33,251 bases of DNA from IMG/VR virus record IMGVR_UViG_3300035016_000031. The stretch is one strand, 5' to 3'. This DNA comes from a virus. Its lineage: Duplodnaviria > Caudoviricetes. Below are positions 18,031-26,992 of the stretch, one piece after another. The position numbers were made by a program, and so were the translations under genes. Under the pieces are notes generated by a model. It saw only the letters and a program-made list of their open reading frames with translations, was not told the origin of the DNA and did no database searches. The first letter of the stretch is position 1. The number at the start of each line of letters is the position of its first letter.

Positions 18031-18981
18031 ATGGCAGTTGATATTAAGAATTACATCGGCGCATTTATGGATGCGTACAACGGCCCGTTCGATGGGCTGT
18101 GGGCGAACGATGTGGCGAACATTTACACGGGGCTGAACTCGCTCAGCACGATCATCCCCGGCATGGAAAGCGTGCCGAATCTGGCTGCGTTCAGCGGCAC
18201 CCGCCAAAAGAACGTGCCCACTGATTTCGAAATTACGCTGACTTCGGCACCGTACGAGTCGAGCGTGGAATACCCGCTCGATAACTACAACTTGGATTCC
18301 ATCGGGATTTTCGAGAACAACGTGCGTGAACTTGCCCGCAAGGCTCGATACCAGTTCAACAAGTTGGTTACGGCTGTGCTGACCACTAACGGCATCTGCT
18401 CTGACGGGCAGAACTTTTTCGACACCGACCACCCGTACACTCTGTCGGGTGCTCAGACGCAGAAAAACCTCGTGACGGCCTCTGATATCTCGACGCTTGC
18501 CGTTGCGAATAAGTTGACGCCGACTGACGTGGAAATGGCCAACGTCATCCTCGATTTGTTCGCTCACCTGATCGGCCTTAAGGACCGTCAGGGCGACGAG
18601 GCCAACGGTGAGGATTGCCGTAGCGTGACGCTGCTCGTCGGCGACATGAAAAAGTGGACCGCAGCCATCAAGGCCGTCAGCAACGAACGCCTGAGCAACC
18701 TCAGTGACAACCCGTTGCAGGGACTCGCTGACGGTGGCGTCAAGGTCAAGCCGATCTTCGTGCCGACTCTGACCGGCGACAGCATTTACATGCTGCGTAA
18801 CGACGGTGCCGTCAAGGCCGTCATCGCTGGCGAAGTGGTTGCCGAGCCAATCGCCCTTGGGCCTGAGTCAGAATATGCACGGGAGCATCGCAAGGTGCTG
18901 TTTGCATACGACGCCGTTCGTGGTGCCTGCCCCGGTCGCTATCAGAGTGCCGTTAAGGCGACCTTGAGCAACGCTGCCTAA
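18031..18981 (+). CDS. Major capsid protein (Mu gpT-like)
   Basis: CSDGQNFFDTDHP signature; YESSVE; follows the protease gene. Confidence 0.85.
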   Translation: MAVDIKNYIGAFMDAYNGPFDGLWANDVANIYTGLNSLSTIIPGMESVPNLAAFSGTRQKNVPTDFEITLTSAPYESSVEYPLDNYNLDSIGIFENNVRELARKARYQFNKLVTAVLTTNGICSDGQNFFDTDHPYTLSGAQTQKNLVTASDISTLAVANKLTPTDVEMANVILDLFAHLIGLKDRQGDEANGEDCRSVTLLVGDMKKWTAAIKAVSNERLSNLSDNPLQGLADGGVKVKPIFVPTLTGDSIYMLRNDGAVKAVIAGEVVAEPIALGPESEYAREHRKVLFAYDAVRGACPGRYQSAVKATLSNAA

Positions 18982-19004
18982 TCCATCGGGGGGTGAGCAA
19001 ATCT

Positions 19005-19042
19005 AACAGCATCGGCGTTAAGAGCGCCGGTGCTGTTTTCTT
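19005..19042 (+). terminator. Terminator/attenuator after the capsid gene
   Basis: 15-bp stem AACAGCATCGGCGTT / AGCGCCGGTGCTGTT with two G:U pairs, then T-rich tail. Confidence 0.7.
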
Positions 19043-19052
19043 AGGGGGGGCC

Positions 19053-21248
19053 ATGATCTTTGCCAGAGTGTACCGACGACTCATTCAACTGCTCGACGTT
19101 GGGGTTACTAACCCAACCGATGGACAGGTGCTCACCTACAACCAGACGAGCGGCAAGTGGCAGAACGAAACGCCGGCAGTCGTCGAGGCGACAGGGAAGG
19201 CCGACAAGGTTGCTGGTGCGACCGCTGGCAACCTCGCTGGCCTCGACGCCGATGGCAACCTGACTGACAGCGGCAGCAACGCCAACGAGTTCGCCACCGA
19301 TGACGACCTCGATACGCTTACCACTACCGTCGCCACCAAGGCCGCCCAGGGCGACGTTGACGAGCTTTCGACGCTGGTGGATACGAAGGCAGCCACATCG
19401 ACGGTTGATGCGTTAGCTGTGACGGTGGCAGCGAAAGCCGATCAGGTAGACCTCGATAACGTCGAGGCCGAAGTTACGAGCTTGCAAGGGGAGCTTGACG
19501 GCAAGGCAGCACTCAGCGACTTGACGGCCCATACGGGCAACACATCAAACCCACACAGCACTACGGCCTCACAGGTGGGGGCGTATACCACGGCTCAGGT
19601 GGACACGCTCCTGACCGACAAAGCCAACGTGCTCCACGGTCACACGATGGGCGAAGTGGCTTACCTCTCTGACGAGTTGCTAAATCTCCAAGCCAACATC
19701 GACACCAAGGCTCCCTTGGCAAGCCCCACGTTTACGGGGACCGTCACTGCTCCCACGTTTGTTGGTTCGCTCACTGGTAACGCCACCACGGCCACCTCTG
19801 CCACATCGGCGACGTTTGCGTCAACGGCGGGTACAGCCTCGTACGCAAACACGGCGGGCACTGCATCAATCGCATCAACACTGTCAGGCGATATCCCCAT
19901 CTCTCAGGTGACGAGCCTGCAAACGGCATTGGATGCCAAGGCACCTTTAGCATCGCCCACGTTCACGGGGACTGTCACAGCAGGTGCCATCACGGCCACC
20001 AGCGGCCTCAAAAATTTTGGCTCGTTGAGGGTCGATACCCCCAACGCCTACGTGGACGTTTACGACCCGTTCTTTGCGTACAGCAACGTGACCGTCAGTG
20101 GAGCCTTGGACCACAACGGTTCAACTCTGAGTTTCTTCAATGCTGGCACTCCCGTAGCTCGTCAATCGGCCACGACCGACATCAAGGATGCACTGACCAA
20201 CTACGGTCTGCTCCAAGGCACATCTGCCAGCCCGCTGAATCTCGATGGTGGAACGCTGACGGCTGGTGCCATCACGCTTGGATCGTTCGTTACTGGTGGC
20301 CTTTCGTCGAGTCAGATGTATCTGAACACCACTTACGATTCGATCGGCGTCGATGCTGCGTCGGGCTTCTCGCATTTCGTGGACGGTGCGGGTTACGTGT
20401 TCCAGACCGACAGCAGCGGCAACGTGACGACAGCAGGTGACATCACCGCTGAAGGCCAGTTGGTTGCCTATCAAGCCAACGTAACTGATACGCTTGGTGT
20501 AAATGGTACTGCCTATTTCAACGGCGGTATTGAGATGGGTTCGGGTGGGACGCTCATATTCAACGGCAGCGGTACGCTCTATATGGGCGGTGGCGTTATC
20601 AATATGAATGATGGCACCGGATCAGGCGGCGGCACGCTGTACATGGATGGCGGTAGCATTACTGGCGTTACCGATATTACAGGTGACGGTTGGTCTATCA
20701 CGGCAGGCGGTACTGGCACGTTCAGCGGTGAATGTTTCTTTGCATATGAAGCAGGTAACGCAAATACCGCATATGTGTCAAGCCAAACCGATTATTTGTT
20801 GCACCCAGACAGCAACTACACAAGCGATTTAAGCGGCGGCACGCTTAACGCAAGCGGTGGCACGATTGATATGGGTAATGGTGCGATTTACCAGTGCTTT
20901 GCGCTTGAAATGTCATCGTCGTCTGGCAGCGTCATTGCGATGAACGGTGGCATTATCGACGGTGGTGGCGAGGGTGGCTATCTTCAGAACTGCACGCTAA
21001 ATCAGAACGGCTACAATCTGTTTATGGGTTTTGGCGATGGTACTGGAGGTGGCACATTGTTTGTTGACGGTGGCACGATCCAGATGGGCGATTTGGGTTC
21101 AGGTGGCGGCACGCTGTATATGGATGGCGGCAGGATAGAGCGATACACCGCCACCAAATACAATACCAACGCAGCAGCGATTACAGGTGGGTTGGCAGTC
21201 GGTACGTTCTACGTGACCACAACGGGTGAAGTAAGGTGTGTGGTTTAA
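19053..21248 (+). CDS. Fibre protein (head or tail fibre)
   Basis: LLDV..TNPTDGQVLTY....KWQN, HTGNTSNPH, 2x KAPLASPTFTGTVTA, Gly-rich GGGTLYMDGG repeats; ATG 19053 lies after the terminator with a G7 RBS. Confidence 0.75.
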   Translation: MIFARVYRRLIQLLDVGVTNPTDGQVLTYNQTSGKWQNETPAVVEATGKADKVAGATAGNLAGLDADGNLTDSGSNANEFATDDDLDTLTTTVATKAAQGDVDELSTLVDTKAATSTVDALAVTVAAKADQVDLDNVEAEVTSLQGELDGKAALSDLTAHTGNTSNPHSTTASQVGAYTTAQVDTLLTDKANVLHGHTMGEVAYLSDELLNLQANIDTKAPLASPTFTGTVTAPTFVGSLTGNATTATSATSATFASTAGTASYANTAGTASIASTLSGDIPISQVTSLQTALDAKAPLASPTFTGTVTAGAITATSGLKNFGSLRVDTPNAYVDVYDPFFAYSNVTVSGALDHNGSTLSFFNAGTPVARQSATTDIKDALTNYGLLQGTSASPLNLDGGTLTAGAITLGSFVTGGLSSSQMYLNTTYDSIGVDAASGFSHFVDGAGYVFQTDSSGNVTTAGDITAEGQLVAYQANVTDTLGVNGTAYFNGGIEMGSGGTLIFNGSGTLYMGGGVINMNDGTGSGGGTLYMDGGSITGVTDITGDGWSITAGGTGTFSGECFFAYEAGNANTAYVSSQTDYLLHPDSNYTSDLSGGTLNASGGTIDMGNGAIYQCFALEMSSSSGSVIAMNGGIIDGGGEGGYLQNCTLNQNGYNLFMGFGDGTGGGTLFVDGGTIQMGDLGSGGGTLYMDGGRIERYTATKYNTNAAAITGGLAVGTFYVTTTGEVRCVV

Positions 21249-21275
21249 CAATTTCAGCGTAAAGGAAATAAGACA

Positions 21276-21611
21276 ATGGCGATTCTAATTAACGATAACA
21301 CAGCAACCAAAGCGGTAGAGGATCACAAGGAACACATCCAGAGATTCTTGAACATGGTCAAGAGCCAATACGGGATGCTGGCCCGTGGCTTTTGGGCCAA
21401 TCGCAGTCACACGCCGATGGCTATGGCAGAGGCTTACGGCACTGATGCTGCTGAGCTTTTTCAACTGTCTTCAAAGCTCGCCACGTTCATCTCTGACGTA
21501 ACTGGTGAGGAAAGCTCAGTGGTGCCTGCTGAGTATGGGTACGTCATCAATCCAGACGGCACAGCAGTCATCACGCTCAAAGAGGTACAGGAAACAGTGG
21601 TCACTGAGTAA
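21276..21611 (+). CDS. Hypothetical protein, possible fibre chaperone
   Basis: AAGGA RBS; directly after the fibre gene. Confidence 0.55.
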   Translation: MAILINDNTATKAVEDHKEHIQRFLNMVKSQYGMLARGFWANRSHTPMAMAEAYGTDAAELFQLSSKLATFISDVTGEESSVVPAEYGYVINPDGTAVITLKEVQETVVTE

Positions 21612-21619
21612 GGGGGAGG

Positions 21620-22279
21620 ATGGGGAGAGAGATCATACTGAGCGGTGAGGATTACGCAGGTGCGAACCCGATGTATTTCGTCGCCTATCGAGTCGCTGAC
21701 AGCAAGTACATCAGCGGTACGAGCCTCGTCACGAAGGTAGATGCCGATTGGTCGAGCTACGCAATCACGCTGACGCTCGACGCAGACACCGACGAGTATT
21801 TCGGCGACTTCCCGCTCGTCTCAAACGGCTCGTACCTCGTGACCCTTTACGAGCAGATCGGGGCCGAACCCGTCGAGGCCGACGATGAGGTCATTGCTGA
21901 GGGCGTGTTCTCGTGGTCAGGCATCACGAGCATTCCCGACTCGTCGAGCGATTTCATGATTCAACTGAGCCATGACACCGACACGTTCATCAACGAGTTC
22001 GCAGAGCCGATTACCTACAACGAGTTCAGCGGTGACAGCAAGACCATCAGGGCCGTCGTCAATCGCAGCCTGCCCACAAAGGTGGGTGAGGATGGCAGGA
22101 CGCTGGCGACGTTCACCGAGATATGTATCTACAACGATGCAAATCTCGGCATCGTCAACGTACAACACGGCAGGGATACCATCACGTTTTCACCGGTGTA
22201 CGGCGGCACCGCTAAGACGCTACTCGTTACCGCTGTCGTCAACTCTGATGCAGGCATGCACACGCTGAGGGTTCGTTAA
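21620..22279 (+). CDS. Head-closure (gpFII-like) protein with an extra N-terminal domain
   Basis: C-half FINEFAEPITY...TIRAVVNR...DAGMHTLRV; synteny. Confidence 0.6.
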   Translation: MGREIILSGEDYAGANPMYFVAYRVADSKYISGTSLVTKVDADWSSYAITLTLDADTDEYFGDFPLVSNGSYLVTLYEQIGAEPVEADDEVIAEGVFSWSGITSIPDSSSDFMIQLSHDTDTFINEFAEPITYNEFSGDSKTIRAVVNRSLPTKVGEDGRTLATFTEICIYNDANLGIVNVQHGRDTITFSPVYGGTAKTLLVTAVVNSDAGMHTLRVR

Positions 22280-22920
22280 TGATGGGCAGCGATATCAACC
22301 TCATGCAGCTTGACGGGCTGGCCCAAGCGATGCGTACAGCGCCCAAGGTGCTACTGAAGGAACTGGCCAAGGGATACCGGGACATCGGCAGGTATGACAT
22401 CGATACGTTTCGTGCCGGCGGTGTCGGCAAGTTTAAGAGTAAAAAGGTTGGGAACACCTTCAAGTTTCGTGCGAGCGACCCGTCAAAGGTCGAGACGTTC
22501 GATCAGTTGTTCGTGTCTGAATACACCAAGTGGAAAGCGGCACCGATCTTTGAGACGGGCGGGCAGGTCAGGGCCAAAGGTAAGGCAATGCCGATCCTGA
22601 CTGAGGCAGGAATGAAAGCCAACGGGGGCCGTAAGTATTCGGCCAACAAGATCAGGCAGATGCTCGCCAGCGGTGAGGTCAAGATCATCCCGACACCTCG
22701 GGGGCCGATCATCATTCGTGAGGTCGGTGGCCTGACCAAGACTGGCAAGATTCGCAAGGGCACCCGTACCGAGATACTGGCGATCTTTCGCAAGGCCATC
22801 AATCAGGTTGACCGCCTCGACTTTACAACGCATGCCCAGAAAAACAGTGGCATGCATACTCAGATACTACAGGCCGCAATCGACAAGGCATTGGCGACCA
22901 TCGCAGCAGGGGGGAAATGA
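22279..22920 (+). CDS. Basic neck / tail-completion protein (gpZ position)
   Basis: Lys/Arg-rich; lies between head closure and tail terminator. Confidence 0.55.
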   Translation: MMGSDINLMQLDGLAQAMRTAPKVLLKELAKGYRDIGRYDIDTFRAGGVGKFKSKKVGNTFKFRASDPSKVETFDQLFVSEYTKWKAAPIFETGGQVRAKGKAMPILTEAGMKANGGRKYSANKIRQMLASGEVKIIPTPRGPIIIREVGGLTKTGKIRKGTRTEILAIFRKAINQVDRLDFTTHAQKNSGMHTQILQAAIDKALATIAAGGK

Positions 22921-23378
22921 TAAGTGTACTTGAACGAATCAGCGAGAACGTACTGACGAGCCTACAGGCCATCACCACCGAGAACGGTTACGAGATCAAG
23001 CTCGACGTGCATCGTGCTAAGGCCGTCAACGAACCTAGACATCTCAAGTCTATCATTCACCAGCTTTCGCCCGTCGAGGATGAGGAATCATCGGTGATGG
23101 GATACTCAGGATGGTTGCAGCCTTACGCCGTGGTGACGTACGTCATCCCGCTCGACGACGACGAGACGCCAATCGACACCTACAACAATCAGGTTGCGAT
23201 GGCCCTGCATAAAGCTCTAGCCGCAGACACGACACGGGGCGGGCTGGCAATCGACACGCTCATCAGGCCGATGCTCTACTTCCCACCTGTCCAAGGGGAG
23301 TATGCGGGGACAACGGCCATCTTTGACGTGCGTTACCGACACATCCTCGACCATCCTGAATTGCCCGCATCGGCCTGA
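22917..23378 (+). CDS. Tail terminator (gpU position)
   Basis: LQAITTENGY, ALAADTTRGGLAIDT, FDVRYR; synteny. Confidence 0.65.
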   Translation: MISVLERISENVLTSLQAITTENGYEIKLDVHRAKAVNEPRHLKSIIHQLSPVEDEESSVMGYSGWLQPYAVVTYVIPLDDDETPIDTYNNQVAMALHKALAADTTRGGLAIDTLIRPMLYFPPVQGEYAGTTAIFDVRYRHILDHPELPASA

Positions 23379-23383
23379 TGACT

Positions 23384-23421
23384 TTGGACAGGTGGGCGTC
23401 GCTGGCTATTTATACAGGTGG
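23384..23421 (+). promoter_or_regulatory. Class-1 (late) promoter motif, copy 4
   Basis: TTGGACAG-N12-GGCTATTTATACAGGTGG. Confidence 0.7.
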
Positions 23422-23453
23422 AGCAGGACATACATACATAAAGACATAGGGGG

Positions 23454-24371
23454 ATGATGCCACAACTGAAAAAGCGCCGTGTACTGGCGTTCAAGCTCGA
23501 AACCACGCCGGGGACCGCTGAGACGCTGACCGCCGCTGAATGTATTTGGTCAATCGACCCGATCATCCAATACGACATTCCACAGACCGACCGGTTTGCG
23601 ACCGGCTCGCTGAGTCGCCTCGTCAGCACTGGCGGCGCTCGCAGTGCCAAGATCACCTTTGGCGTCGAACTGGCTGGCGGCGGTGCTGATGCCGTGCCGC
23701 AATGGGCTGACTTGCTGCTCGGTTGCGGTATGGTCGAGGATACCGCCACGTTTTCGCCGACGAGCGACCCCGCCGACTATAAGACGGTCACTTTCGGTTG
23801 CTATCAGGATGGCATCGTCAAAAAGATGGCCGGTGCGATGGGAACGTTTACCGTTGACGTTACCAGTGGCGTGCGTGGAACAATTAATTTCGAGTTCACT
23901 GGCATTTGGGCAGCGGTCACTGATGGTGCGATGCTGGCATTGCCTGCATACGCAGTCATACCGCCTCGTGCCGCTGGTGCCACGTTCACCATCGGTGGCA
24001 GCACCAAGAAAATCTCGACGCTGAAACTCGCCACCAACAACACCCTCAAGCTCGTCGAGGACATCACCGACGTTACCGGTTATGACCGTGCCGTCGTGAC
24101 CGAGCGAAACCTCACGGGCAACATCGACCCCGAATCGTTGACGGTTGCCGCTGACGGCATCTATGCAGCTTGGGTGGCTGGCACGACCGCCGCACTCAAC
24201 CTCGTCATCGGTGCGACGGCCAACAACATCGTCACCATCACCGCACCTGCATTGCAGTACATCAATGTGCAGGAGGGCGACCGTGATGGCCTCGTCACCA
24301 ACGATGCCGAATTCAGGCTGACTTGTGACAACGACGAGCCTGATACCGAGTTGGTCATCGCATTCAGTTAA
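23454..24371 (+). CDS. Tail tube protein
   Basis: KKRRVLAFKLETTPG, LLLGCGM, GAMGTF, FEFTG, GDRDGLVT; synteny. Confidence 0.8.
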   Translation: MMPQLKKRRVLAFKLETTPGTAETLTAAECIWSIDPIIQYDIPQTDRFATGSLSRLVSTGGARSAKITFGVELAGGGADAVPQWADLLLGCGMVEDTATFSPTSDPADYKTVTFGCYQDGIVKKMAGAMGTFTVDVTSGVRGTINFEFTGIWAAVTDGAMLALPAYAVIPPRAAGATFTIGGSTKKISTLKLATNNTLKLVEDITDVTGYDRAVVTERNLTGNIDPESLTVAADGIYAAWVAGTTAALNLVIGATANNIVTITAPALQYINVQEGDRDGLVTNDAEFRLTCDNDEPDTELVIAFS

Positions 24372-24380
24372 GGGGGCCGG

Positions 24381-24806
24381 GTGGGGTTATCAGTCTCATC
24401 ATCAGAAACTTTTGAATACGTGTTGATGGCCGACAGGGACAAGCCGCAGGATGTGCGGCCTGCCCTCGTTGGCCGGTTTGTGACCTGCCGAGAGTATCGA
24501 CAGGTCAGACGGCTCCTCATCGACGCCGAAAAGGCGAGCGATGAGGAGGTCACTATTGATAAGAGCCTTGCCGCAATCGGCATGATCCTCGTCGGGTGGC
24601 GTAACGTGGGTGATGCCGATGGTAGGCCTGTCGAGTACAGCATCGGCAAGCTCGAAAGCGTGTTGACGCTCGATGATGTCATCGAGCTTGTCGAGCATCT
24701 CGTCATCGAGATGCGATTGAGTGAGAACGAAAAAAAAGTCTCTGCCTTGCGACGGCAATCTACTGGGGGGAACTCTGCCGAATCGACGGCAAAGGCAAGT
24801 GCGTAG
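24381..24806 (+). CDS. Tail assembly chaperone (gpG equivalent)
   Basis: LVGWRNV.DADG.PVEYS; between tube and tape measure; slippery A8 at 24730-24737. Confidence 0.75.
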   Translation: MGLSVSSSETFEYVLMADRDKPQDVRPALVGRFVTCREYRQVRRLLIDAEKASDEEVTIDKSLAAIGMILVGWRNVGDADGRPVEYSIGKLESVLTLDDVIELVEHLVIEMRLSENEKKVSALRRQSTGGNSAESTAKASA

Positions 24807-25084
24807 GCGACTGCCCCTCACCGGCTGAGCCTACCGATATGCAATGCGTCACCTGCTACGGCAGGGGGTGCAACCAGTGCGACGACGGCTATGTCATGCT
24901 GACCTCGTGTGCTCGGCAGCAGGTGAGTGATGAGGCGTGGGATATGTTTTCTTGGGTACGTCAGTACCTCGAAAACAACGTGCTGCCAGAGGATGGCAAT
25001 GGCCTCGCACAGACGCAATCGTTTGTCGATGCGTTGAACGTCGTCTCACGTGAGTGGCGACAGTGGGAGGCCAAGCATGAGTAG
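24737..25084 (+). CDS. -1 frameshift extension (gpT equivalent) of the tail chaperone
   Basis: -1 frame open from 24737 (SLCLATAIYWG...) into ORF 24839..25084 with no stop. Confidence 0.7.
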   Translation, partial: SLCLATAIYWGELCRIDGKGKCVGDCPSPAEPTDMQCVTCYGRGCNQCDDGYVMLTSCARQQVSDEAWDMFSWVRQYLENNVLPEDGNGLAQTQSFVDALNVVSREWRQWEAKHE

Positions 25085-26984
25085 TAAGAAAACTCTTGAA
25101 GTCGAGATAAGAGGCCGGGACGGCATCAGCGCTGAAGCTAAGAAAGCCGGTGCCTCTGCCGACGCACTCAAGCGTAAGCTCGCTGAGGTCAATGCTGCCG
25201 CTGCCAATGTCAACGCCCCTAAATCGTCGTTAGACGACCGGCTCAAAGGCGTCGGCAACAAGCTCGGTGAGGATGACGCCGTTGGCAAGGTGCTAAAGGG
25301 TGGCCTCGTCGGCTTTGCTGGCGAGGGACTGGCCAACGTCACCGGCAAGGCCATCGAACTGCGTGACGCACTGAGGGACGGCAAGACCGATGCCGCTGGC
25401 CTCACGCAATCGCTACTCGAAAGCCTGCCGATCATCGGCGGGTTTGCGACCGCTGGCAAAAACATTCGGGAACTCATCACCGGCGAGCAGGCAGAGATCG
25501 ATAAGATCAACGCTGGCGCCAAGCTCCAAAAATCCCTCATCGACTACCGCCTTGGCCTGCTCAAGCAACAGCAAAAGCTACAGAAGGAAATCGCAGAGTC
25601 GGTGACGCAGGCCAACCAACGCCGAAAGCTCGCCACCACCGACAACGATGCCGAACGTGCCGATCTACAACAGCAATTCGATTCAAGGGCCAAGCTCAAG
25701 GGCATCAGCACGAAGCGAGACGACGCCGTTACTGCTGTCGAGGATCAACGCAAACAGCAGGTCGAGGCCGTCATCAATGATGACACGCTCGACGACGAGC
25801 AAAAGCAGACTGCCAAGGCGTCGATCAACAGGGCCGCTGAGGAGCAAGTTGTAAAAATACGCCGGGAGTATGCTGAGGTTGAACGGGCTGAGATCGCAGC
25901 CCAGGGCGCTGAGGTCGATAAGCTGCGACAGGAGCACGCCGACAAGGCCGCTGGCATGATCGAAAAGTACAGCGATGAAACGGCGTCGCTGGAAGTTCAG
26001 CAGCGGGCAGATCGGCTCAAGGCACTCGGTAAGGATTTAGAGGCTGAGTTGTTGCTCGTCGATGAGAACGCCAAGGCGAAACGCAAGGCCATCGAAAAGC
26101 AACTTGAAGAACAGCTTAAGACGGCACCGGCATTCATCGCTGAGGGCCTTAAGGCCAATGCCACGATTCAGATCAACACGATTGAGCGTGGCGTTGAGGA
26201 AAAAAAGCAGACCCTCGTCAAGCAGCAGCTTGAGGACATTCGCACCCGTCAACTGACGCAGCAGGCCGCAGCGGGCAACCGCTCTGCCGAGCTTGAGCTT
26301 AAGCGGCTCGAAACGATCAAGTCGTCTCGGCAGGAGTACGAACGCCTCACCACGATCATCGAGACGCAGCAGGCGATCCTCGACAATCCCGCTGCGACTC
26401 CTGAGCAACGGCAGGCCGCAGAGCAGGCCAAGCGATCAGCGCAGGAGGGCATCAAGGGGCAGGCCGTCACGCAGCAGATGGCCGTCACAGAGCAGATCAA
26501 GCAACAGCGTAAGGACATCCTTGAGCAGGTCGCCGAATCCTCGACGAGCTTGACCGAACGCACTACGGCACGACGGCAGATTGAGGCTGAGTCGATCAGA
26601 GACGAATTCAGGCGACGGCAGGTAGAGGTCACAGAGTTCTCTAAGAACCCCAACGCCACCGCTGAGCAGAAGAACGAGATGACGACGATGCTGCAACAGT
26701 GGGTGAGCTTGCAGGGCAAGGCGTTCGATACCGCAGTTGCAGAAGAGCCGCCGCCGCAGCGTTCGGGCAAATTTGAGATTGCCGAGTCTCGCACGCTTAC
26801 AGGCGTCACTGCTGCGATGAGCGAAAAGGCTAGCACCGACTGGACCAAGGCGACAAGCAAACACACAGAAGAATCGAAAAAGCTGCAAAAGGAACTGAAC
26901 AAGATGTTCGGCGATTACCTCGTCGAGTATCGGCAACGGGGACAGACACAGGGAATCACGTTGACCGCAGGCGTGCTTGAGTAA
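25077..26984 (+). CDS. Tape measure protein
   Basis: LEVEIRGRD N-terminus; long Ala/Gln/Glu helical sequence; GGAGG RBS before ATG 25077. Confidence 0.85.
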   Translation: MSSKKTLEVEIRGRDGISAEAKKAGASADALKRKLAEVNAAAANVNAPKSSLDDRLKGVGNKLGEDDAVGKVLKGGLVGFAGEGLANVTGKAIELRDALRDGKTDAAGLTQSLLESLPIIGGFATAGKNIRELITGEQAEIDKINAGAKLQKSLIDYRLGLLKQQQKLQKEIAESVTQANQRRKLATTDNDAERADLQQQFDSRAKLKGISTKRDDAVTAVEDQRKQQVEAVINDDTLDDEQKQTAKASINRAAEEQVVKIRREYAEVERAEIAAQGAEVDKLRQEHADKAAGMIEKYSDETASLEVQQRADRLKALGKDLEAELLLVDENAKAKRKAIEKQLEEQLKTAPAFIAEGLKANATIQINTIERGVEEKKQTLVKQQLEDIRTRQLTQQAAAGNRSAELELKRLETIKSSRQEYERLTTIIETQQAILDNPAATPEQRQAAEQAKRSAQEGIKGQAVTQQMAVTEQIKQQRKDILEQVAESSTSLTERTTARRQIEAESIRDEFRRRQVEVTEFSKNPNATAEQKNEMTTMLQQWVSLQGKAFDTAVAEEPPPQRSGKFEIAESRTLTGVTAAMSEKASTDWTKATSKHTEESKKLQKELNKMFGDYLVEYRQRGQTQGITLTAGVLE

Positions 26985-26992
26985 GGGGGTGA

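Noticed and set aside
17506-18567. Long antisense ORFs (e.g. 353 aa here, 274 aa at 12320..13144)
   Set aside because: Shadows of well-supported plus-strand genes in GC-rich DNA
18993-19052. GTG-start extension of the fibre ORF
   Set aside because: Runs through the post-capsid terminator hairpin; ATG 19053 has its own G-run RBS
19700-21135. Repeats in the fibre gene as DGR template/variable repeats or inversion sites
   Set aside because: Differences are mostly synonymous rather than adenine-specific; no reverse transcriptase or invertase is present
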